Shown here one piece after another: positions 9,480 through 18,174 of a DNA stretch of 64,000 nucleotides (position 1 is its first letter; each line of letters begins with the position of its first letter). The DNA lies in NCBI GenBank assembly GCA_964595465.1, contig CAZQQI010000001.1, forward strand, positions 68,952 through 132,951, in the 5' to 3' direction. The position numbers and the translations under genes are program-made. The notes beneath the pieces were generated by a model, which saw only the letters and a list, made by a program, of their open reading frames with translations, did not search any database and was not told the origin of the DNA. The stretch comes from an uncultured Planctomycetales bacterium (GTDB lineage: Bacteria > Omnitrophota > Gorgyraeia > Zapsychrales > JANLHA01).

Positions 9480-10079
9480 TTAAACCTCCTCAAAAATAAC
9501 GATCGAAAACGTTAAAACAATATGATGCCGGCGCGAATCCCGTTCATCGGCCTCAATACTTAGGCCGGAAATATTCGAAAGGATCCCGGACGACTGCATT
9601 TCAGCAAGGAAGCGGCCGAAATCATGATAAGCGGCCTTCATGGTAATACTGATCGGTAACAAAAAATACTTTCGGGTCTTATCCCGCAGGATGGGTTCGG
9701 AAAATGTCGTATCAGGCACCAACTCGCGGACGGTCACCTCCTTTTCAGCCGCCAGCTGAGATATCTCCTCTAACACCCGAGGGATCTCGGTCTTGCTGTG
9801 CACCATGTCCTGAAGGTCCCGGATCTGCAGATCCAGATTATTTTGGGCCTGTTCGAATGAATCAAAATTCGCGATGTCGGCTTCCAGCGCCTCGATCTTT
9901 TCTGCGGTCGCGATGTTCCGTTCCTTCAGCCGCGTAAGAGCCCCGACCTGAAACTGCATAAGCAAAAAATAATCCAGCAGCAAAACCAGAACGATCACTA
10001 CGACAATGATGTAGTACGGACTCTTCTCGTTCAGCTTGATGACCAGATCCTTAATTTTTTGGCGCGGGTCTTGTGCCAT
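9480..10079 (-). CDS. pilO: Type IV pilus alignment protein PilO
   Basis: 199 aa; single N-terminal TM helix, then coiled-coil, then an ordered C-terminal domain; position between pilN and pilP. Confidence 0.7.
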   Translation of the reverse strand: MAQDPRQKIKDLVIKLNEKSPYYIIVVVIVLVLLLDYFLLMQFQVGALTRLKERNIATAEKIEALEADIANFDSFEQAQNNLDLQIRDLQDMVHSKTEIPRVLEEISQLAAEKEVTVRELVPDTTFSEPILRDKTRKYFLLPISITMKAAYHDFGRFLAEMQSSGILSNISGLSIEADERDSRRHHIVLTFSIVIFEEV

Positions 10080-10080
10080 A

Positions 10081-10683
10081 TTATTTTGCTTCCTTTTTCA
10101 CCACTAACGCGCGGATCACAAAATCCGCGACCTGTGTTTCTCCGACCATGCGGCTTTTGATCGATTCCAATTCGATCAAACCGATATCGGCCATGAACTC
10201 TTTCTGCTCCTGAAGATTCGCTAAAAAGGTATGGGGGTTCAGCATCTCGGCCTTGTGCTTAGAAACAGAACTGCCGCGCAGAAAAAGGCGGTCGCCTTCC
10301 AGGACCAGGCCCCGCAGCCACACCCCGCGGGGGATCGCGTCGCTGATGATATTCAGTTTTTTTGCCCAAATGATATCCGTGTTGCCGGTCACTTCTCTCA
10401 GAGAAGAGATCTTCTGACGCTGGGCATCCAGACCGCGTTTGATCTTGACGACACGCTGCTGTTCGGCGCTCATAGCGTTCCAAGTCTTCTCTAATTTGGT
10501 CAGGCGGCCGTAACGCGTCCAGACCACGATCTGCAGGAGAATATGCACAAAGACCAGCAGGACCAAAAAACCGGAAACCAGACCGATCAGCAGGTCGCGG
10601 GGGATTAAAGGTCCCTTCCCGGTAAAAACAGGTGCGCGTTTTTTCTTGCGCATCTCAGGCGGCAGCAAATTGATATTGATCAT
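10081..10683 (-). CDS. pilN: Type IV pilus alignment protein PilN
   Basis: Starts MININLLPPE, the canonical PilN N-terminus, followed by a single TM helix and a coiled-coil periplasmic region. Confidence 0.75.
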   Translation of the reverse strand: MININLLPPEMRKKKRAPVFTGKGPLIPRDLLIGLVSGFLVLLVFVHILLQIVVWTRYGRLTKLEKTWNAMSAEQQRVVKIKRGLDAQRQKISSLREVTGNTDIIWAKKLNIISDAIPRGVWLRGLVLEGDRLFLRGSSVSKHKAEMLNPHTFLANLQEQKEFMADIGLIELESIKSRMVGETQVADFVIRALVVKKEAK

Positions 10684-10703
10684 AACCAAACCCTGCTTGT
10701 GCG

Positions 10704-11777
10704 TTAACTTAAAGCCAGCCCCAGAGCGGTGGTAAACAGAACACGGTTCTGCTGCCATTCCTTCTGGTCCAATCCTTCCTGCAGGCTCATCCCCGCGAAC
10801 GGGTCCCAGAGCGCCACCGGCGTATCGAGCGCCTCCTGCAGAAAACGGTCTGCTTCCGGAAGTAAAGACCCGCCTCCGGTCAGAAACACAGCTTCCACCG
10901 GAGCATTGGCCTCGGTCACATAATAATCTAATGACAAACGAACATCCGAGATAATCTGGTTCATAACACCTTCAGCCAGATCATGAATATCCTGCGCGGA
11001 TCCGGACGCCTTGACCTTTTCCGCTTCTTCGAGCGATATCTGTTTGGCCCGCGCGATCTCCAGGGTGACCTGCTGACCGGCGGTAAACATTTCGCGGGTG
11101 AACTTGAGCTGCCCATCCTGAAAAATATTCAAGGCCGAAACGCGCTGGCCGATGTCAAATACAGCAAATATAGCAGGCGTTTTGTCTTCCACCGTCGGAG
11201 GAAGACAAGCAGCTGCATTTGCCAGCGCCACTGAATTCAGGGTCAGACAATCCGCTTGAACACCCGCTTCCTGCAGAAGTGTCAAACGTTTATCTGCGGC
11301 CTCTTTTTTCACAGCCGCCGCCATAACGCGCATTTTTTTAGTCTTTGCCTTGGGGTCAAGAATATGCGTATCCAGATAAATATCGTCGATATCAAAAGGC
11401 AGATACTTGTCCGCTTCATAGCGGAAAGATTTCTGCAGATCGTCAGCCGGCATGCGGGGAAGGTCCAGAAAACGGATCACAGTTCCCTTGCCGGACATCC
11501 CGATAACCGGAGGGCGGCAGAGCTCCGGACAGCGTCCCATCACCTCCCGGATCACTTCGGCAAAAGCGCGATCGCCGTACATCTGGCAGTCATAATGCGT
11601 AATCACCCACCCGTCTGTCTGCCGGGCAGCGGCCAAAAGTTTGCACGATACCGCGCCGATATCCAGCCCGACGGCGGAACGCACCTTGGGCTCCGGGATG
11701 AACCTCTTGACAAAATTCATGTAGGCGTCCAGCCCTCTGCGGGCTGATTCAATTTGTTGCTGACTGATAACTTGCAT
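10704..11777 (-). CDS. pilM: Type IV pilus assembly protein PilM (actin-like ATPase fold)
   Basis: 357 aa; actin-like fold (GLDIGAVSCKLL, FDIGQRVSALN, LTGGGSLLP) immediately upstream of pilN. The true start may be the internal Met MNFVKRF. Confidence 0.8.
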   Translation of the reverse strand: MQVISQQQIESARRGLDAYMNFVKRFIPEPKVRSAVGLDIGAVSCKLLAAARQTDGWVITHYDCQMYGDRAFAEVIREVMGRCPELCRPPVIGMSGKGTVIRFLDLPRMPADDLQKSFRYEADKYLPFDIDDIYLDTHILDPKAKTKKMRVMAAAVKKEAADKRLTLLQEAGVQADCLTLNSVALANAAACLPPTVEDKTPAIFAVFDIGQRVSALNIFQDGQLKFTREMFTAGQQVTLEIARAKQISLEEAEKVKASGSAQDIHDLAEGVMNQIISDVRLSLDYYVTEANAPVEAVFLTGGGSLLPEADRFLQEALDTPVALWDPFAGMSLQEGLDQKEWQQNRVLFTTALGLALS

Positions 11778-11779
11778 AT

Positions 11780-12172
11780 TTAATTGACCAGAATATGGCT
11801 CTGCACAGACTGTGCAGGGTCCTGGCCCCGCGGATCAACTTCCTGCTGTAAAGATTCTTTATTTTTATCTTCAGTGTCATTGTAGAAACGGGATGACTCC
11901 CATTCCGCCGGGCGCTTTATCTGCTGTGTCTCTGAGGTGGAAGTCCTGCCTGACCGTGCCGGAGATGAGGGTTCGGGCACGCGTTCCATTTCACGCATAA
12001 TGTGAATATTCATAAAGACGACGGCCAGAACAACAGCCAAAACAGCCGTGCCGATCAATACTCCGCGATATCCTTCACCATGACAATTCATTGCTATCCT
12101 CTTTGTGGGCATTATATCATTTCTGCACTTAGATTTATACGATAAATCCAATAATCCCAAGGGATTAGACAT
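11780..12172 (-). CDS. Small hypothetical membrane protein
   Basis: ORF with one hydrophobic helix (VLIGTAVLAVVLAVVF). No recognisable motifs; coding status uncertain. Confidence 0.3.
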   Translation of the reverse strand: MSNPLGLLDLSYKSKCRNDIMPTKRIAMNCHGEGYRGVLIGTAVLAVVLAVVFMNIHIMREMERVPEPSSPARSGRTSTSETQQIKRPAEWESSRFYNDTEDKNKESLQQEVDPRGQDPAQSVQSHILVN

Positions 12173-14024
12173 CGCCTTCCCGGTAAATGATCTTGTTGGT
12201 CAGATCATTGGTAAACCCGATAAAGGTCCGCATAGACGGAAAATACGGCGGCGCCACCCCGGACACCATACGATTATCATAAACAAAATTCCGCCCATAA
12301 CCCGAAACCTGCTCCCCGGTACTGCCATTGAACAATCCAAAGGCGCCGTAAAACTGAGTGATCGTTCCGCCCAGCAATGTCGCCGTACCGCGCGACCCGG
12401 CGTAATCATCATAGCCGTCCACCTGAAACACACCGTTACGGGCCATGATCACGCCGTGAATATTGATGTCATCCGGCACCCGGGTGCCGTCCGGCTTGTA
12501 TTTTGCGATACGCACATCACCGCCCCAGGCAACAATACCGAGCAGATTGGTCTTATCGTCTGCATTGGGCGGGACATAACCATCTTCTCCCAATGTGCCG
12601 ACAGCTGCATTGTAATCAGAATATTGAATATGATCCGTAATGACCGCGTCGTTTTCGCAGGAAACCGTGATCTGAGTATCCTTCTGAATGGTCCCGCCCA
12701 AACTGGTGATCGCCCCATCAACATAGATCAATGTGCCGATATCATCAACCCCGTCAGGAACCCCCTTATACGACGCGCATTGCCCGGTTTCCTGATCCTC
12801 ACCAATTTGTTCACATAAAGAATTAATGTTGGACGGATCATTCTCAGGGTTATTGGGTGTCCAGACAATAGTCCGGTTATTGACCCGGTCGACTTTGACA
12901 ACCTTCTTTTCATTTGTCTCATGAACAGTGTAATATGCCCGGTCACTGGTATCGACACCCATTTCGATCGTGGCGTCTCCCCGGACATAAATGCCGCCTG
13001 TCAATTCACTCTCACTATCGTAGGGAATATAGACACCGTTGGGGGGTGTCGACTTTTGAACCAGGGCCTGGTCGATCAGGTCTTCTTTCTGTACCGATGA
13101 AGCCAGCACGATCTCATCATATCCGCGTTCGAATGTCTCGTTAAAAACCGGCACATCGTCATTCGCGTCATTCAGGTCCCCGTCGCCGTTGGCGTCCCAG
13201 GCATCGGCGTCCCGGGCAACCGGCCAGCCGTTATTATAAAACTTCGCCTTTTTATTATGCTGAGTGACTTTGCCGTCAAAGATGCCCCCGGGATTGCGGG
13301 CGAAGCGCATGCCGTCATTGGTGTGCAGAGGCCCGGCAAAATAGGTGCTGTCGGTGAACCAGACCGACGTTCCGTCGGGCATGCGGTGATGATCGGTGAA
13401 CAGAGCATACTTGGCGAAATTATCGCGACGGACGCTCACATTGAAATCCCCTTCCAGAACAACATCCTGATCATGACCTTTGGACATGCCTGAAGCTGTG
13501 ATTTTATAATAATAGGCGAATTCCCACATATCATCCGACACCAGACGGGGTACTGCTTTTTCTGTAATATAGATATCAAATCGCAAACTCCCGTTGCCCA
13601 ATGTCTGAGCGTTCGTTAAGCTATATGTCAGTAAATTCTCATCTTCATTTATTAAAAAAACAGACTCATAGTCATTGGTTTGCGTGTCAAATTTTTTAGC
13701 CGCCCAGTAAAGGAACGTGATCCCTCCGTTGGTTTTTCCGACAGTCTGCTTGGCTTTTTTAATAACCAGCTGAGGATTCTGCCCACTGATAAAACTCATC
13801 AAGTGGGAATTGATCATTTCATCCAGCGTGTTCAGACCGCTGTCCGCCCCGGCATTGGCCAGATGCAGGGCCTCTGCTGTCCGGCGCTGATGGCTCACCA
13901 CATTCCATTCATTAACCGTGCGCAGGACAAAGATCGCCCCGAAACCCATCAGCACGGTCATGACCAGCAGGCTGAGCGCCAGAGAAAAGGCTTTTTGATC
14001 ATGTAATCGCATCCTGCACCTCAC
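12165..14024 (-). CDS. PilX-N-domain minor pilin / PilY1-like tip protein, 619 aa
   Basis: N-terminus resembles the PilX_N hydrophobic segment (QKAFSLALSLLVMTVLMGFGAI). Large C-terminal domain with an Asp-rich Ca-binding-like loop, DADAWDANGDGDLNDANDD. Confidence 0.55.
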   Translation of the reverse strand: MRCRMRLHDQKAFSLALSLLVMTVLMGFGAIFVLRTVNEWNVVSHQRRTAEALHLANAGADSGLNTLDEMINSHLMSFISGQNPQLVIKKAKQTVGKTNGGITFLYWAAKKFDTQTNDYESVFLINEDENLLTYSLTNAQTLGNGSLRFDIYITEKAVPRLVSDDMWEFAYYYKITASGMSKGHDQDVVLEGDFNVSVRRDNFAKYALFTDHHRMPDGTSVWFTDSTYFAGPLHTNDGMRFARNPGGIFDGKVTQHNKKAKFYNNGWPVARDADAWDANGDGDLNDANDDVPVFNETFERGYDEIVLASSVQKEDLIDQALVQKSTPPNGVYIPYDSESELTGGIYVRGDATIEMGVDTSDRAYYTVHETNEKKVVKVDRVNNRTIVWTPNNPENDPSNINSLCEQIGEDQETGQCASYKGVPDGVDDIGTLIYVDGAITSLGGTIQKDTQITVSCENDAVITDHIQYSDYNAAVGTLGEDGYVPPNADDKTNLLGIVAWGGDVRIAKYKPDGTRVPDDINIHGVIMARNGVFQVDGYDDYAGSRGTATLLGGTITQFYGAFGLFNGSTGEQVSGYGRNFVYDNRMVSGVAPPYFPSMRTFIGFTNDLTNKIIYREGDV

Positions 14025-14027
14025 CGG

Positions 14028-14804
14028 TTAATTCCTTAAATACAGACTAGCCGTGACCTGCTCTGCGGCCCGTCTCCCGCCGTAAAGTTCCTGCTCAATA
14101 TCGACTGTGATCGTCAGGATATTCCCGTCCAGGCTGAACTGCAGGTCGGTGATCCCTGTGCCGAATTTGTCCTGACGCAAATACGTTTTGTTATCATCCG
14201 CAACCGCATCATAGACTTGCCGCAGACCCTGACCCGAGGCGCTCTTGCGGTATTGCAGATAACTGTAATCCTCCGTGTCACAGAGTCCGTCGGCATCCAT
14301 ACATGACTGATCCTCACAGCCCCAGGTCAAGGGCGCTCCCCAGACCACGTTCTCTCCCGCGCTGATATCAGACCATTCACAGACCGCGATACATGGATCG
14401 CATTCCGCGCAGTCATTGCAATCTGTGCAGGTCCCGGTATAGGAAACCGAGCAGGCCTTATCCGCACCAAAGCCGACGGCCGTATAATCTTTTTGACAAA
14501 GTGTCGTCTCCCCGGCGGAGCAGGTCACCGGGATCTTGAACTGAATAATATCCGAACCGCCGCTTCCCAACCCGTCCAATATCATAATATGTTCGCTGTC
14601 GCTCTGGCGCAATTCTTTGGCCATCCTCTCCAGGATCACCCGGGCGTTTTCCTGAACCCGCACATGGGATTCGGTGGCCAGCCAGGTCTCTTTGCCGGAA
14701 TTGAACAGCATGACTGTCCCCGCGCCCAAAAGTGCTGTGACGGTGATGACCACCATTAACTCCACCAGACTGAAACCGGATTGATCATTACGCATAATTG
14801 TCAC
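14028..14804 (-). CDS. Minor pilin (PilW-like) with prepilin N-terminal methylation motif and a Cys-rich C-terminal domain
   Basis: GFSLVELMVVITV is a class III prepilin signal; 14 cysteines clustered in CTDCNDCAECDPCIAVCEW...GCEDQSCMDADGLCD. Confidence 0.7.
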   Translation of the reverse strand: MTIMRNDQSGFSLVELMVVITVTALLGAGTVMLFNSGKETWLATESHVRVQENARVILERMAKELRQSDSEHIMILDGLGSGGSDIIQFKIPVTCSAGETTLCQKDYTAVGFGADKACSVSYTGTCTDCNDCAECDPCIAVCEWSDISAGENVVWGAPLTWGCEDQSCMDADGLCDTEDYSYLQYRKSASGQGLRQVYDAVADDNKTYLRQDKFGTGITDLQFSLDGNILTITVDIEQELYGGRRAAEQVTASLYLRN

Positions 14805-15526
14805 CGTTTGAAGACCCGGGAAATTAAACTCGCCGGGGAATCCACCCGCCCGTTCCCGTTAGCATCTTCTCCCGCATCCAGAACCCCGTTAAAATTGGCA
14901 TCTTCCCCATAAACCCGTCCGTTCTTATTCCGCCAGCAGACCGAGACCTGCACCTCATAAAAATTATTATCCACGCTTTCCACATAAACAAAGCCTTTGC
15001 GGTTGGAAGACGAGACGAAATCCCCGCACGACTCGGATGAAACAGCTTCATCCTGATCAATAAAATACACCGTCGGGCAATCTACCCGGCAGACCCGCGG
15101 CTCAGCAGTAAAAGAAAATCCGTCTGTTGTCTTACTGTAATAAAATTTATAACCGCCCACGTCAAGCGCCGAACAGGATGTCGCCGTATAGCCCTGATTA
15201 TAAAGTTCTTCACAACTCGGAGGATACTCTCCCAGCGCCGTATAATAATTTTCAGCATCACCGGCCAACTCCTGTAATTTACTGCTGGGATCCGCGCACA
15301 TCGGTGAGGCCCCGGTGATATCCGACCGCACGGCCTCCATCTGCGCCTGGGCATCACGCAGACTGCGGCTCATGTTTTGAGAGATCTCCAGCATTTCCAG
15401 ACTGCGGACATAGCTCAACAGCACGCCGGTGATCACCAGACCCAGGATCGCGGTGGACACCAGGCCCTCGACCAGGGTGGCTCCGGACTTCGCTTTAAGT
15501 TTATGCTTTTTTCCGTGTCGTGTCAT
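14801..15526 (-). CDS. Minor pilin (PilV-like), atypical prepilin signal, Cys-rich
   Basis: KSG|ATLVEGLVSTAILGLVITGVLL has Gly at -1 and Glu at +5; about 8 cysteines in the C-terminal domain. Translationally coupled to the downstream minor pilin. Confidence 0.6.
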   Translation of the reverse strand: MTRHGKKHKLKAKSGATLVEGLVSTAILGLVITGVLLSYVRSLEMLEISQNMSRSLRDAQAQMEAVRSDITGASPMCADPSSKLQELAGDAENYYTALGEYPPSCEELYNQGYTATSCSALDVGGYKFYYSKTTDGFSFTAEPRVCRVDCPTVYFIDQDEAVSSESCGDFVSSSNRKGFVYVESVDNNFYEVQVSVCWRNKNGRVYGEDANFNGVLDAGEDANGNGRVDSPASLISRVFKR

Positions 15527-15621
15527 AATCTTTCCGATTAAAAAGGGGGCCGCCCGACATCAGCAGCCCCCCGTTATTTCTATTCACATTCCACCATCAC
15601 AAATTACGTTTATCCTCAACC

Positions 15622-16047
15622 CTATTCTGGCGTACATTCTTCGTCGGTCAAAACACCGCCCTGCTCAATCGTGTACACATTGTTTCCGGTCGTGCCGCAG
15701 GTAGCCGGTTCGGCCACGAAGGTATACTCGCTGTCACTCATCGTCGCCGTGTATTCGTACCCGGAGATCGGTCCCTCCTCGCTGCTAACCCCGACATAAT
15801 CCTTATTCAGATATTCGGGGTCAGCACCCGTCATGTCTTCCATATCAGTCGGATATTGGCCGTTGTTGTCGGTAGCATAACTCTCTGCCGCGGTCGACAT
15901 AGCCCGCAATGTACTTTTTGCCAGCGCTTCGTTGGCTGACAGACGAGCCCGGAGCAGGTTCGGGATCGCGATGATGGCCAAGAGGGCGATGATCGCGACA
16001 ACGATCATGATCTCGACCAGGGTGAAACCTTTGCGATTCATTCTCAT
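15622..16047 (-). CDS. pilA: Type IVa major pilin PilA
   Basis: MRMNRKG|FTLVEIMIVVAIIALLAIIAIP is a 7-aa leader with a canonical G|F cleavage site and Glu+5. Mature protein about 134 aa with C-terminal Cys pair; AAGGAG SD upstream. Confidence 0.9.
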   Translation of the reverse strand: MRMNRKGFTLVEIMIVVAIIALLAIIAIPNLLRARLSANEALAKSTLRAMSTAAESYATDNNGQYPTDMEDMTGADPEYLNKDYVGVSSEEGPISGYEYTATMSDSEYTFVAEPATCGTTGNNVYTIEQGGVLTDEECTPE

Positions 16048-16187
16048 GTTTCTTCTCCTTGTTGCGTTGGTTCCGCCGCCGGCGCCGGTCACTTCCGCGT
16101 TCAAGGAAAAGGAAAAAATACGACAGGGCATCCTTTACCGCGAAAAATCTCCTAAACCGGTGGCTCCGTTTAACTTACCTTATTTTT

Positions 16188-16215
16188 ATCGTATCACTCT
16201 GCTGGAGAGTGTCAA
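16188..16215 (-). promoter_or_regulatory. Putative sigma70 promoter for pilA (TTGACA-16-TACGAT)
   Basis: On the minus strand: -35 TTGACA (plus 16210-16215) and -10 TACGAT (plus 16188-16193), about 140 nt upstream of the pilA ATG, just downstream of a terminator. Confidence 0.4.
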
Positions 16216-16241
16216 ATGGTATTTTCAGGCTTTTCAGGCAT

Positions 16242-16272
16242 AAAAAAAACCTGTTCCACACACAGGAACAGG
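16242..16272 (-). terminator. Rho-independent terminator (CCUGUUCC-UGUGUGU-GGAACAGG followed by U8)
   Basis: On the minus strand, a perfect 8 bp GC-containing stem with a 7 nt loop, followed by eight U. It lies between the coiled-coil gene and the pilA promoter. Confidence 0.7.
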
Positions 16273-16458
16273 CACAATTTCATTACACAATAACCGAAAA
16301 ACCTCACATGGCTAATGGTAACTGGCTGCCCGCCGCACACGTCGGTGAGGGCCCTGTAGCTTTGTGCCCCATCCTTTCGAATGGTTTACCTTTGACATCA
16401 CCACCTGATTATCCAAAGAACGATCCACTTGAAGTATAGAATGTCAAACAGGGGTTTG

Positions 16459-18174
16459 TCAAGGGCTGGCCTTTTTCTGTCCAAGACGCTCTTTGAGCGA
16501 CATCAGTTTTTTCTGCAGGCCGCGGTTTTCGTTGCGGATCACCGCCAGATACTCCTCCAGCTCGTCCTCTTCCTGACGGAAGTCCTTCACCTTGACCTGA
16601 CCGGCCTGATATTTTTTATTGATCACATCCAGCGAACCGGACAAAGCGCGTTTGCGCATCTCCATGGTCTTGATCTCTTTGCGGCCCGCGCGGGCAAACT
16701 GTTTGGCCTGCCGGCTCAATTCTTCGCGCTTTTTCTTAAGAGTGCGGCTCTTCGCTTCCAGATCCCGGACCGTCTGTTCCAGCTCACTGGCCCGTGATTT
16801 GAGCGTCTGACGTTCGTTACGGGCCAGCCTCAATTCCTGCTCGCGATCAAACACTGCCTGCTCTAACTGCTCCTGTTCCTGCCTCGCCTGCTCATACGCT
16901 GTCCGATACTGAGCAAGTAATTTTGTTAATTCCTCTTTCTGATCCCCGAATATCTTCTGCCGTTTTTGAGCTGTTTCTTCTGCGGTTCGCGCTAGACGCG
17001 CAGCTAAATCGTCGATCTGATCCTGCAGGCGCTGTTCTTTGGTCTGCAGAAGTTCAGATTCTTTCTGCTGAGCGGCCAGCTGATCTTTCATCTCGCGAGC
17101 GGCATTTGCAAGGACGTCTTTATTCTCATTAAGATCACGCAGGTCATCCTGTTTAATTAAGGCTGTGTGCTCGCTTGACATCTCTTTATCCGCCAAACGT
17201 GCCCTCTCCCGCACGACCTGCTTTTTCTCAAAAAGAAGACGGTTTTCCTCTTCAAGCAGACCCAGAAAATATTTCAGGTCCGCCTCCCGTGATTCGGCCT
17301 GGCTGATCACCATTTTTCGTTTATCCTGTATCTCTTCCTTCACCTTGCGGTATTCGACAATGACCCCCCGCAGGCGGGCAACATCTTTGCCGACATCTCC
17401 CCGGCGGTCCTTCACGGCCTGCTGAAGCCGTTGGCGGCTGCCCCGCAGGAGTTCGCGCTGAGCGCGCAGATCTTCAATACTCAACTGCAGGGCCGTAAGA
17501 CGGTCCCGCAGGATCTCATTCTGATGCAGGGCCTTTTCGTGAGATCGCATTTTCCGGGACAGCTCAACATCCAGAAGATCAACACCGCTCTGTTTGTCGC
17601 GGATTCTTGCCCGGGCGGCCTTAACCATTTCGCGCAAGCGCGCCTTTTCTTCACTATAATAGTCCAGCAGAGAATTCCGGGACCGCGACTTAACCTCCAT
17701 CTGAAGTTCTTTGATCTCCATCGCGTAATTATCGACCTTCTGCTGAAGAAGCTCCTGCTCAATATCCAGGGTCTCGGTGCGTTTGGCGAACGTCTCCCGT
17801 TCCCGGGCCAGGGCGCGCTTGCGCTCCTGAATAGAGTTCAGCTGTTTTTCACGAGTTTCCAGTTCCCGGGCCCGCAGCTTGATCATACTGCGCAATTCCA
17901 CGGCATCCTCACGCAGCTGCAGACGGGCATCACCCATCTCCCGCAAGTTTTCCCGCATAAAGAGGATCCTCTTACGGATGGATTCGTTCTTGGCAGAAAG
18001 TTTATTATTGCGGGCCAGCGCCTGGTCCATACTGGCATGCAGATCTTCCAGAGTATACTCGAGCAATTGTTCCGTATTCATTCCGTCGATCTGCGCCAGC
18101 GCAGGGACCGCAGACTGCAGGACAGCGAAAAGGATTCCGAATATTATCCATCTTGAGATCATTGTCTTCATCAT
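16459..18174 (-). CDS. Secreted/periplasmic long coiled-coil protein (571 aa) embedded in the pilus locus
   Basis: Signal peptide MMKTMISRWIIFGILFAVLQSAVPALAQ, then about 540 aa of E/R/K/L/Q-rich heptad-like sequence. No enzymatic motifs. Confidence 0.6.
   Translation of the reverse strand: MMKTMISRWIIFGILFAVLQSAVPALAQIDGMNTEQLLEYTLEDLHASMDQALARNNKLSAKNESIRKRILFMRENLREMGDARLQLREDAVELRSMIKLRARELETREKQLNSIQERKRALARERETFAKRTETLDIEQELLQQKVDNYAMEIKELQMEVKSRSRNSLLDYYSEEKARLREMVKAARARIRDKQSGVDLLDVELSRKMRSHEKALHQNEILRDRLTALQLSIEDLRAQRELLRGSRQRLQQAVKDRRGDVGKDVARLRGVIVEYRKVKEEIQDKRKMVISQAESREADLKYFLGLLEEENRLLFEKKQVVRERARLADKEMSSEHTALIKQDDLRDLNENKDVLANAAREMKDQLAAQQKESELLQTKEQRLQDQIDDLAARLARTAEETAQKRQKIFGDQKEELTKLLAQYRTAYEQARQEQEQLEQAVFDREQELRLARNERQTLKSRASELEQTVRDLEAKSRTLKKKREELSRQAKQFARAGRKEIKTMEMRKRALSGSLDVINKKYQAGQVKVKDFRQEEDELEEYLAVIRNENRGLQKKLMSLKERLGQKKASP

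Noticed and set aside
17431-18156. 241 aa plus-strand ORF (and several others, e.g. 12105-12818, 40497-41162, 49578-50420, 55108-55713, 32184-33071, 36940-37590)
   Set aside because: All lie antisense to long, well-supported minus-strand genes. Coiled-coil and GC-rich genes routinely give long antisense ORFs. None has recognisable motifs or its own translation signals.
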